From Octopus sinensis (lineage: Eukaryota), in assembly GCF_006345805.1 (NCBI RefSeq), contig NC_042997.1:210242001-210306000 (forward strand): DNA of 64,000 bases. The letters run 5' to 3'. Every line of letters starts with the position of its first letter. The stretch's first letter is position 1. Positions 11,180 through 21,959 of the stretch are shown here, one piece after another. Made by a program: the position numbers and the translations under genes. The notes under the pieces were generated by a model. That model saw only the letters and a program-made list of their open reading frames with translations, was not told the origin of the DNA and did no database searches.

Positions 11180-12629
11180 GTAAGGAGTTATTTTGGTCAT
11201 ATTTCAGGGACCCATTTGAATGAAATAGATTCAATGAGGATATGCTGTGACTTCGAAGACCCAACAAATGAAGTGAGTCCATGGCTCACAGGACGGCCTG
11301 CTGTGCTAACCTTGGATCATAGAGGGACCCGCTGTTCTTGAGGAGACCTGTTGAGTCAAGTACATCAACATCAAAATAAAAATTCAGATGGAAATTGTAG
11401 TTAAGACACCCGTGCCTGTGACACGTAAAAAGCACCATCCAAACGTGGCAGATGCCAGCGCCACCTTGACTGGCATTCGTGTCGGTGACACATAAAAGCA
11501 CCAACCGATCGTGGCCATTTGCCAGCCTGCTCTGGCACCTGTGCCGGTGGCATGTAAAAAGCACCCACTACACTCACGGAGTGGTTGGCGTTAGGAAGGG
11601 CATCCAGCTGTAGAAACACTGCCAGATCAGACTAGAAACTAGTGGGATGATGAAAATTGTATGCTGAAAAAATAAATCAAACAGCGTTTCAACTCTGTGT
11701 GTATGTAAGGGAGGGTGTATATGTGTGTATCGAAGCAGAATGGTTCATCTTTGTTCACTTAGTATATGGGTTTATTTTTTGATTTGGTTGAATCTTGGTT
11801 GTTTTTTTTTTTCTGGACAGTTATTTTTAGCGTTTTGACAGAAAAAAGTTATTCTAAAATTGTTTATTAACGTAAGCGTGCCCGAACAAGTCGAATGCTT
11901 GCACAGAGCAGGTTTTACAGCCACATCATCCAAACAGACTGGGTGAAACCGGGCTTAGCTGCTAGCATATATATATACACATCATCATCATCGTTTAACG
12001 TCCGCTTTCCATGCTAGCATGGGTTGGACGGTTTGACTGTGGGCTGGCAAACCAGATGGCTGCACCAGGCTCCAGTCTTGATCTGGCAGAGTTTCTACAG
12101 CTGGATGCCCTTCCTAACGCCAACCACTACGAGAGTGTAGTGGGTGCTTTTACGTGCCACCGGCACAGGTGCCAGTAAGGTGATGCTGGTAATGATCCCG
12201 CTCGAATGGTGCCTCCTACATGCCACCAGCACGGAAGCCATTTAGCCTCTCTGGCAACGATCACGCTCAGATGGTAATCTCAGCACCCTACTAGCACGGG
12301 GCACAAGTGCCAGGAAGGCAAAGCTGATAACGATCACACTCAAAAGGTGCCTTTTACGTGCCACTGGCACGGAAGCCGGTTAGCCACTCTGTCAACGATC
12401 ACACTCGTATGGTGCTCATGCCCGTCATCGAATTTCACTTTGATTTTGATTTCAATTTCAGTTGCCTCAACAGGTCTTCACAAGCAGAGTTTAGTGTCCA
12501 AAGAAGGAAAAGGTACGCACAAGTGGGCTGGTTACGCCCCTGGCACAGGCCACGATGTTATGGTCTCATTTGGTTTGCCGGGTCTCCTCAAGCACAGCAT
12601 ACACACACACACACATATATATATATATA

Positions 12630-13476
12630 CTAGCAGAATTGCCCGGCGTTGCTCGGGGCTGAATTGCTTGAAAGTACTGTTAATGATTGCACTGAATTAT
12701 GATGATTATTCAGGCAAATATTGATATAAGCTTACGGTGGGAGATAAGGACTTAACGATCAAACGTGTGCCATTGCATTGTTTTGGGGGAACCAAATTTC
12801 TGATGAGCATTATAGGGGCACCAACTTTAAGTTTGAGAAAGTGTGGTGGTAGTCCGGGGTGCTCAAAGGAATTGAGTACCTCTATTGGATAGTTGATGAC
12901 GTCCTCTGGGTCAGGAGTTGTATCGATAGACTGATATACATAGACTTCCCCAGGAATGAGTTTTAGCATTTCATCATTAATATGGTGAACAGTTTTATTC
13001 CTTGGGGCCAGTATAGCCTTTTTGCCAATCCAATCCACATTCTGATAATTAGCTTGTAGATCTGGGAACACTGCATCTCAGAGATCAGAAGGCGTCTTAA
13101 CAATGGTACAAATGGAATCGATGGCAATATTACCATTTTCATCCCCTGGTATTTTGCCTTCGCCAAGTGCAAGGAGGGTGTGAGGAAATGCTGCTGATGT
13201 GATATTACGTCGCATATGAGCACGCATATTGGTGTGAAGTTTGAGAGTTACTTCCCTTTATTTAAAAAAATATGCATTAAAATGGAACAAAATTATGGTA
13301 AATTATTTGTAAAATCATAGACTCATCGTAGACGCGCGCTAATACCCAGAAGGGCTCGATATGAATCACGACTATAAGATACCCGGTTTTGGTTAAACTG
13401 CATCGCAAAATGTGGGAGTAGTTAGGAATCTAAATCGGAGTAGACAGACACACAACCTTTCATTTATATATAAATA
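12630..13476 (-). mobile_element. internally deleted Helitron retaining a Pif1-family helicase fragment
   Basis: 3' hairpin plus CTAG at 12630; 5' end shared with family 1. Frame 13245-12730 reads LKLHTNMRA...D(L*)DAVFPD...AILAPRN...GLPPHFLKLKVGAPIMLIRNL...CNGTRL, with one premature stop. Confidence 0.92.
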
Positions 13477-13740
13477 TTTTCGTCCTAAAAAACATTGAAT
13501 GGTTACCTCTATGGAAATATATACACGCACATTATACATACATGTGTGTATAGATGAATATATAAATACATTTAAATATCTATATACACTTTTGGGCGAT
13601 CTTTCTGTTTCTTAGAGATAACTTTAGATCTTATTTTCGTGCTAAAAAACTTTGTATAGAGTGAATGGTTACCTCTATGGAAATATATATACACACACGT
13701 TATACATACATGTGTGCATAGATGAATATATAAATACATT
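13477..13740 (+). repeat. ~175-bp AT-rich unit in about 1.5 tandem copies; second locus at 15670-15900
   Basis: GGTTACCTCTATGGAAATATATACAC...TAGATGAATATATAAATACATTTAAATATCTATATACACTTTTGGGCGATC occurs at both loci. Confidence 0.75.
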
Positions 13741-13742
13741 TA

Positions 13743-14170
13743 TCTCTTATTATAAAAGGCAGATTTTATCTGCCTCCCTTTGTCAGTTATAGAAATCTAC
13801 AATATAGGATTTCTTCAATTACAATTTACCTAGCATTTTTAAGAGTAGAATGCATCGGGTCATGCCAGGTCCAGTTTTTAAAATTTAAACTCCAATTAAG
13901 CAAAATTTACAGAAAATTCACATTCTGGTGTGTATGTCAAATGCTTTTCTTAATGTGGTTTACACCACACGCACACGCACACACACAGTGTGCAACGAAT
14001 AAAATGAAAGTAATTCACTGCGTGTGTGTTGACAGGTAGACAATAGAATGCAATGGCGATGGTGATGTAATATTTGTTTCTGTCTATCACGCTGATAGAT
14101 ACATGAGTAAAATGTATGGCAAGCTAAGAGATAAGAGTGAGTGAAAATGTTCTTGGAAGAGAGTAAATAG
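13743..14170 (+). mobile_element. Helitron-like repeat, family 2 (other copies 16020-16322 and 17688-18088 on the - strand)
   Basis: A|TCTCTTATTATAAAAGGCAG 5' end shared by three copies. No CTAG 3' end was found, so the class is tentative. Confidence 0.45.
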
Positions 14171-14224
14171 CGAGAGTGATTTGAGGAAGACTTTACATTA
14201 AATAACCGTAGTGGCTTGTATATA

Positions 14225-14505
14225 TATATATATATACATACATAAGACAGTAAGGTGTGATTTGAGGGAGATTTGGCTGCTATTTCTACCATGTCTAGCT
14301 GCCATGTAGGGGTCTCCCTCATAGGCTCATACATACATATATACATAGATAAGACAGTAAGGTGTGATTTGGGGGAAATTTGGCTGCTATTTCTACCAGG
14401 TCTAGCTACCATGTAGAGGTCCCCCTCATTGGCTCATATATATATACATACATAAGACAGTAAGGTGTGATTTGAGGGAGATTTGGCTGCTGTTTCTACC
14501 AGGTC
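14225..14505 (+). repeat. ~110-bp tandem repeat, 2.5 copies
   Basis: TAAGACAGTAAGGTGTGATTTG(A/G)GGGA(G/A)ATTTGGCTGCT(A/G)TTTCTACC repeated three times, separated by (TA)n. Confidence 0.85.
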
Positions 14506-14863
14506 TGTTAGGCCTTCTCATGTAAACTCAAGTTTTCTCATGCCTTGAACATAAGACCAAAGCAGAGAATGTATTCTTTTATTCTTCTGCTTTTTCCAGC
14601 CATTGGTCTGTGGCCATGCTGGGGCAATGCCTTGAAGAATTGTAGTTTAATGAATCAACTCCAGTTTTATTTTTGTAAGCATTGTACTTATTCTATCTGT
14701 TTCCTTTGTCAAACCACTAGGTGACAGGGATGTAAACAAACCAACATTCGTTGTCAAGCAGTGGTGGAGGACAAGCACAGACACGCACACACACACACAT
14801 ACATGCATACACATATACACACATACATACATACATACATATATATATGTGTGTATATATATA

Positions 14864-15122
14864 TTGCAGCGTGGAAGGTGTTTGTAAGCCATTTAAGAAA
14901 CACACAAAAACCGTTAGATTCACTTCAACATTTAAATTTAATTTGCCAAAATATTTTCCTCGCTTTGAGACCGCGACCTGTTCACTGACAAAAATATCGT
15001 GCTAACAGGTCGCTGTCTCAAAGTGATGAAAATATTTTGACAAATTAAATTTAAATGTTGAAGTGAATCTAACGGTTTTTGTGTGTTTCTTAAATGGCTT
15101 ATAAACACCTTCAACGCTGCAA
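14864..15122. repeat. near-perfect 119-bp inverted repeat with 21-nt spacer (Penelope-like fold-back)
   Basis: 14864-14982 versus 15004-15122, about 6 mismatches by eye. Confidence 0.9.
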
Positions 15123-15284
15123 CTGTTTTCGTTCCAGCACACGATCTCAGATCAAGTCACTTGCTATGCAAGTACATCTCTGTAACTATATATATATTTA
15201 TATATATATATATATGTATATTGGTAAAAACAGTAAGATAACAAAAGAAAGAAAGAGACCTCAATATTATGTAAATAGAGGAAA

Positions 15285-15669
15285 TCTTTATATATAAAAG
15301 TGAGGTTGTGTGTCTGTCTCCTACGATTTAGATTCCTAACTACTCCCACATTTTGCGGTGCAGTTTAACCAAAACCGGGTATCTTATAGTCGTGATTCAT
15401 ATCGAGACCGTCTGGGTATTAGCGCGCGTCTACGATTTCAAAAAAAATTTACCATCAATTTTTCCCCATTTTTAATCCATTTTTGACATATATAAGGGAA
15501 GTAACTCTCTAAAATTTATTATTAAATCTCAGAACGTAAAAAGCTACAGTAACGCCCCTCCCCCTTTGTGGTTAGCCATATTGAGATGGCTATTATACTT
15601 TACATCTCTAAAAATGCTTATATAATTATTTCCCTTACAAACCCGAGCAACGCTGGGCGATACTGCTAG
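15285..15669 (+). mobile_element. non-autonomous Helitron, family 1
   Basis: A|TC...CTAG|T with subterminal hairpin. Confidence 0.9.
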
Positions 15670-16336
15670 TATATCTATATACACTTTTGGGCGATCTTTG
15701 TGCTACTTGTATATACTTTAGATCTTATATTCGTCCTAAAAGACTTTGTATGGAGTGAAAGGTTACCTCTATGGAAATATATACACACACATTATACATA
15801 CATCTGTGTATAGATGAATATATAAATACATTTAAATATCTATATACACTTTTGGGTGATCTTTCTGCTACTTGGATATAGGTCTTATATTCGTCCTAAA
15901 AAAACTTTCCTGTCACACACTCACGCACACACACACACGCACACACACACACACGCACACACACACACGTTAGCTTACAATTTTATTTATATATTTGCGT
16001 GTCTATGTGTGTAAAGAGGAAGTGGCAGAGTGAAAGAGTCACTCACTACAAAAAGTGAATTACTTTCACTTTATTCGTTGCACACTGTGTGTGTGCGTGT
16101 GGTGTAGGCCACACTAAGAAAAGCATTTGACTTAGACACCACAATGTGAGTTTTCTCTAAATTTTGCTTAATTGGGGTTGAAATTTTAAAAACTGGACCT
16201 GGCACGACCTGATGCATTCTACTCTTAAAAATGCTAGGTATTGTAATTGAAGAAATCCTATATTGTAGATTTCTATAAGATACAAAGGGAGGCAGATGAA
16301 ATCTGCCTTTTATAATAAGAGATATATATATATATA

Positions 16337-16974
16337 CTAGCAGTATCGCCCGGCGTTGCTCGGGTTTGTAAGGGAAATAACTATATAAGCATTTTTAGAG
16401 AGTTATAGCCAAAAAATAGCAAAAAATGCATTAAAAATGGAAAAAATATGATGGTAAATTTTTTTTTAAATCGTTGACTCATCGTAGACATTTTTAGAGA
16501 GTTACTTCCCTTATATAATAGCGAAAAAATGCATTAAAAATGGAAAAAAAACGATGGTAAATTTTTTTTTAAATCGTAGACTCATGTAGACGCTTTCTTA
16601 GCCATTTCTGTTTTGGTGTCTTCAAGCCATGAAGTCGTTGTTCTAAAAGAACACTGGTCTCCTTGACAACGCATTACGACGTTGATTTCCTTACACTCCC
16701 TTCCCCACAGGTGCAGGTGTGAGCGTGGTCGCCAACTCCGCCGCCATCGACACACGAAAAATTATGCATTAAAATGGAATAAAAAATGATGTTAAATTAT
16801 TTTTTAAATCGTAGACTCATCGTAGACGCGCGCTAATATTCAGACGGGCTCGATATGAATCACGACTATAAGCTACCCGAATTTGGTTAAACTGTACCGC
16901 AAAATGTGGGAGTAGTTAGGAATCTAAATCGAAGGGGACAGACACTCACACAACTACAGTTTTATATATATAGA
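16337..16974 (-). mobile_element. Helitron family 1, longer variant with an extra internal segment
   Basis: CTAG at 16337 and TC end at 16974; additional GC-richer segment at about 16596-16770. Confidence 0.85.
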
Positions 16975-16994
16975 TATACATAGCGCAGTAGTGG

Positions 16995-17350
16995 TGAGAT
17001 ATGACAGCAAAGAAAAGCATACATTCACTCTCTGCATGCAATTAGACTCGGAAAGTTCGTGAGGAACCCATTGACCCAATTTGCTGACTTTTCCGATAGC
17101 ACACAGGTCTTAATGAATGGTTGAATGACCAAATCCAAGCTTCTCTGCTAGTTCCTCAACAGTTACGATGATATTTTGTTCCACCAGGGTTTTCAGGATG
17201 TCCTTGTCGAGTTCTACAGATCTTTCAGGATGAGGCTCGTCTTCTAGGCTGTAGTTTATGGCTCGGGATTTCTGGAACCACCATTGACACTGCCTTACGC
17301 TTATTGTCCAATCCCCATATACTGCATTAATATTTCTTGTACTTTGCACA
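16995..17350 (-). mobile_element. decayed mariner transposase, N-terminal HTH part
   Basis: RNINAVYGDWTISVRQCQWWFQK...LEDEPHPERS...TVEELAEKLGFGHSTIH; continues ...KLGQWVPHEL. Confidence 0.85.
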
Positions 17351-17613
17351 CATTTATATTCTGTTATTCTTTTATATGTTTCAGCCTTGAGGTTGTGGCC
17401 ATGCTGGATCATGTGTGTGTGTGTGTGTGTCTATCTGTCTGTCTGTCTGTATGTATGTGTGTGTGTGAACAATAATATTTTCAACAGATGTGTTGCAAAT
17501 GTATCTGATTGTTCTCAAGCTTCAATACTGTGTGTGTGTGTATGTGTGTGTGTGTATGTATGTATGTATATGTATGTATGTATGTATATGTATGTATGTA
17601 TGTGTGTGTATGT

Positions 17614-17653
<40 letters not shown>

Positions 17654-19407
17654 ATGTATGTATGAGTGTATGTTTACTTTATTATTAATTACTCTCTTCC
17701 AAGAACATTTTCACTCACTCTTAGCTCTTAGCTTCCCATACATTTTACTCATGTATCTATCAGCGTCATAGACAGAATACTTTCACTTTAGTCTTCCTCA
17801 AATCACTCTGTCGCTATTTACTTTCATTTTATTCGTTGCCCACTGTGTGTGTGCGTTTGCGTGTGGTGTAAACCAGACTAAGAAAAGCATTTGACACACA
17901 CACCAGAATGTGAGTTTTCTGTAAATTTTGCTTAATTGGAGTTTAAATTTTAAAAACTGGACCTAGCATGACGCGATGCATTGTACTCTCAAAAATGCTA
18001 GGTAAATTGTAATTGAAGAAATCCTATATTGTAGATTTGTATAACTCCCAAAGGGAGGCAGATAAAATCTGCCTTTTATAATAAGAGATGCATCAACAGG
18101 TGACATCCAGAAATGCTCTATGTACTGTCGGACCCGAAATACCATGCTCTCTTCCCCTAGCTTTCTCTGTTTCATAATCTGTTCTGTAAATATGTAAATA
18201 TCTTTTGGCTTCTACAGAAATGTCCATCTTCTGACTCCTTTTTGCCAAATCCATTCGCAAATCCATTCCTTTGCTCAGCCTGGGCTGTGGTAGACGACTC
18301 TTGCCCAAAGTGCCACACTATAGGACTGAACCCACGACCGTGTGGTTGGGGAGCTAGCTTCTTAACCACACAGCCATGTCCTTGTTTGTTGTGGTCAAAT
18401 CATAGATGGTGTTGAGATTAATTCAGACATTGCCAGCCTCCCCTGGCACCTGTGGAATGTAAAAGCCCCCACTACACTCTCGGAGTGGTTGGCATTAGGA
18501 AGGGCATCCAGCTGTAGAAACTCTGCCAGATCAAGACTGGAGCCTGGTGCAGCCATCTGGTTCGCCAGCCCACATCATCATGTAGTGGGTGCTTTTACGT
18601 GCCACCGGCACAGGTGCCAGTAAGGTGATGCTGGTAATGATCCCGCTCGAATGGTGCCTCCTACAAGCCACCGGCACGGAAGCCATTTAGCCTCTCTGGC
18701 AACGATCACGCTCAGATGGTGATCTTAGCACCCTACTAGCACGGGGCACAACAGGTGACGGTCATTTAGAAAAGGCACGGGCTGAAACTATGCGCCTTCA
18801 GTCAAACCGTCCAACCCATGCTAGCAGGGAAATGGACATTAAACAATGATGATGATCATCATTATCATCATCATCATCATCATCATTTAGCATCCGTTTT
18901 CCATGCTACCATGGGTTGGATGGTTCAACTGGGGTCTGTGAAGCCAGAAGGCTGCACCAGGCCCAATCTTGATCTGGCAGTGTTTCTACGGCTGGATGCC
19001 CTTCCTAACGCCAACCACTCCGTGAGTGTAGTGGGTGCTTTTTACGTGCCACCCGCACAGATGCCAGACGGAGCTGGCAAACGGCCATGGATGGATGGTG
19101 CTTTTTACGTGCCGCTGGCACGGGGGCCAGGCAAGGCTGGCAGCGGCCACAAACGGATGGTGCTTTTTACGTGCCACCGGCACGGGGGCCAGGCGAGGCT
19201 GGCAACGGCCACAAACGGATGGTGCTTTTTACGTGCCACCGGTACAGAGGCCAGTCGGGGCGGTGCAGGCAACGGCCACGAACGCATGGTTCGCTTACTT
19301 GTCACTGGCACTGGTATCACAGCTGCAATTTCCATTGATGTTGATCGACTTCGATTTTGGTTGATGAAAAAGTATGGCAAAGATGACAATTACGTCTTTT
19401 ATTGCAG

Positions 19408-19505
19408 ACTGTCACAAATCTCGTAACAGATCAAGAAGAATTGAAAAATCCTGGTTTGTTTATGAATTACCAAATAGTATTAGCCACTCTAATAACAGCT
19501 GGAAG
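19408..19505 (+). CDS. MOV10: MOV10-like helicase exon (motif Ic region)
   Basis: ttttattgcag| ... |gtaggt, phase 0 to 2. ...MNYQIVLATLITAGR, compare MOV10 EYRVLITTLITAGR. Confidence 0.9.
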
Positions 19506-19629
19506 GTAGGTTTAACCATTTTGTTTCTTTATTTCTAACCCTAACCCTAACCCTTGTGTGTTTCAATTAGATTCTGAAATAATTGTGAATTTAGACTGGT
19601 TTCATAAATCAATTCTTTTATGTTTATCA

Positions 19630-20020
19630 GGAGTGGCTGTGTGGTAAGTAGCTTGTTTACCAACCACATGGTTCCGGGTTCAGTCCCACTGCGTGGCACC
19701 TTGGGCAAGTGTCTTCTACTATAGCCCCGGGCCGTCCGGAGCCTTGCGAGTGGATTTGGTAGGCGGAAACTGAAAGAAGCCCGTCGTATATATGTATATA
19801 TATGTATGTGCGTGTATGTTTCTGTGTCTGTGTTTGTCCCCCTAGCATTGCTTGACAACCGATGCTGGTGTGTTTATGTCCCCGTCACTTAGCAGTTCGG
19901 CAAAAGAGACCGATAGAATAAGTACTGGGCTTACAAAGAATAAGTCCCAGGGGTCGAGTTGCTTGATTAAAGGTGGTGCACCAGCTTGGCCGCAGTCAAA
20001 ATGACTGAAACAAGTAAAAA
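19630..20020 (+). mobile_element. tRNA-derived SINE, family A, full length
   Basis: A-box-like GGAGTGGCTGTGTGGTAAG, B-box-like GGGTTCAGTCCC, internal (TA/TG)n, tail CAAATGACTGAAACAAGTAAAA. Confidence 0.85.
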
Positions 20021-20379
20021 GAGAAAGAGATATTAATGTGATTTTAGGAGCACAATCCCACAGTTCCATTGCTTAATTTTTGTCTCAGTTTCATATTAGC
20101 AGCACCCGTGTAAATTCCACAGAATGGAATCTACTGCAAACCTTCAACATGTTCCCGTCCCTCTAGTTCATTCCAATCCTTCTAAATTCTATTTAAACAA
20201 GGATCTATTTAAGAATGAAAAAATGATTTGCATTTTTATAGCGTTCATTGTTTAGCTTTCTTTAAATATTCTTGATGTTTGTCTACATCAGAGGCAGCAG
20301 GTAAAAAATTTCCAAAGAAAAAGGTCCGCTGGTGGATCACAAGTTCTAACTCTTATATCTATGTAAATCTTGTATATAT

Positions 20380-20768
20380 ACTCTTTTACTTGTTTCAGTC
20401 ATTTGACTGCGGCCATGCTGGAGCTCCGCCTTTAGTCGAGCAAATCGACCCCGGGACTTATTCTTTGTAAGCCCAGTACTTATTCTATCGGCCTCTCTTT
20501 GCCAAACTACTAAGTGACGGGGACTTAAACACACCAGCATCGGTTGTCAAGAAATGCTAGGGGGACAAACACACACACATACATATATACATATATATAT
20601 ATATACATATATACGACAGGCTTCTTTTAGTTCCGTCTACCAAATCCACTCACAAGGCATTGGTCGGCCCAGGGCTATAGCAGAAGACACTTGCCCAAGA
20701 TGCCACGCAGTGGGACTGAACCCTCAACCATGTCATTGGTTAGCAAGCTACTTACCACACAGCCACTC
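20380..20768 (-). mobile_element. SINE family A, full length, inverted relative to 19630-20020
   Basis: Reverse complement of the same consensus, 360 bp away. Confidence 0.85.
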
Positions 20769-20785
20769 AACAAAGATAAGTTTAA

Positions 20786-21005
20786 CCCATTCGTTACCAA
20801 CCCGGCTGAAACCGGCTCTGGCTCTGAGTACAAATGTCTTGTTTTCATAAGTTTTGAATTAGAATCTTCCACCAAACCTTAGTCACAATTTATGTTCCTA
20901 GCACTAGCTTAATGATAACGAAGTTATTTTATTAAATTCTTTGTTATATTTAAAGTAATTGAAAGAAACACAGAGCATCTCAAAATAAATACAGTAATGA
21001 AAGGG
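20786..21005 (+). mobile_element. piggyBac-type MITE, family 1
   Basis: TTAA|CCCATTCGTTAC ... GTAATGAAAGGG|TTGA. Confidence 0.75.
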
Positions 21006-21234
21006 TTGAGACATTAAATTAACGCTGCCACTAAATTTCGGACATCTATAATACTTATGAGGTATTCTTTATTTTTCAGCTAGAGCGTAGTTGGGTCTCA
21101 AAGGGGTGGTACAGACCTAGCAATATGTGTTTTGTTGTGAACACAAAATTTCCATTCAGATGGCAATTATAGGACACTGAAGTTGGAAGCAGGATAATCT
21201 AATTCTACATTTTATCACATTCAAGAATCGTAAT

Positions 21235-21860
21235 GTCCGCTTTCCATGCTAGCATGGGTTGGACGGTTTGACTGAGGGCTGGTGAGCCAGGAGGCTGCAC
21301 CAGGCTCAATCTGGTCTGGCAAAGTTTCTACAGCTGGATGCCCTTCCTAACACCAACCATTCTGAAAGTGTAGTGGCTGCTTTTTACAAGGGCCAGTCAG
21401 GCAGTTCTGGCAACGACCACGCTCACACTCAAAAGGTGTTTTTACGTGCTACCTGCACGGGAGCCAGTCCGGCAGCACTGGCAACAACCATGTTAAGGCG
21501 ATGCTGGCAAGGATCATGCTCGAATGAGGCTTTTCCTGTGCCACCAGCATAGGAGCCAATCTGTGGCCCTGGCAGCAATCACTCTCGGATGTCCTTTTAA
21601 CGTTCCACGGCATGAGCGCCAATCAGGTGGTACTGTTGTTGGTCACGTCAGCGATTTTGTTTTCACTTGACTCAGCAGGTCTTTGCAAGCAAAGTTTATT
21701 GTCCAATAAATGAAGGGTATTCATAAAGTGGGCTGGCTACATCCAATGGCATAGGCCATGGTCTCACTTGGCTTATCAGGTCTTCTCAAGCACAGCATAT
21801 CTCCAAAGGTCCGGTCACTAGTCATTGCTTTGGTAAGGCCCAATGTTTGAAGGTCGTGCT
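21235..21860 (-). mobile_element. RTE LINE 3' end: ORF C-terminus plus complete 3' UTR
   Basis: Minus strand encodes HDLQTLGLTKAMTSDR(D)LWRYAVLEKT* and continues into the abundant tail family. Confidence 0.8.
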
Positions 21861-21959
21861 TCTAGGGTGTGACACGTTTTCACACAGCTGTCCTCATTCA
21901 TTGTGTTAATAAATATACACAATGATAATAAATATATATAGAGGGGAGAAAAGCCTGTC

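Noticed and set aside
19535-19553. (CTAACC)3 telomere-like repeat after the exon donor
   Set aside because: Only three units; too short to interpret.
19630-19700. SINE heads as tRNA genes
   Set aside because: A/B-box-like motifs are present, but no cloverleaf can be completed and the heads continue into SINE bodies.
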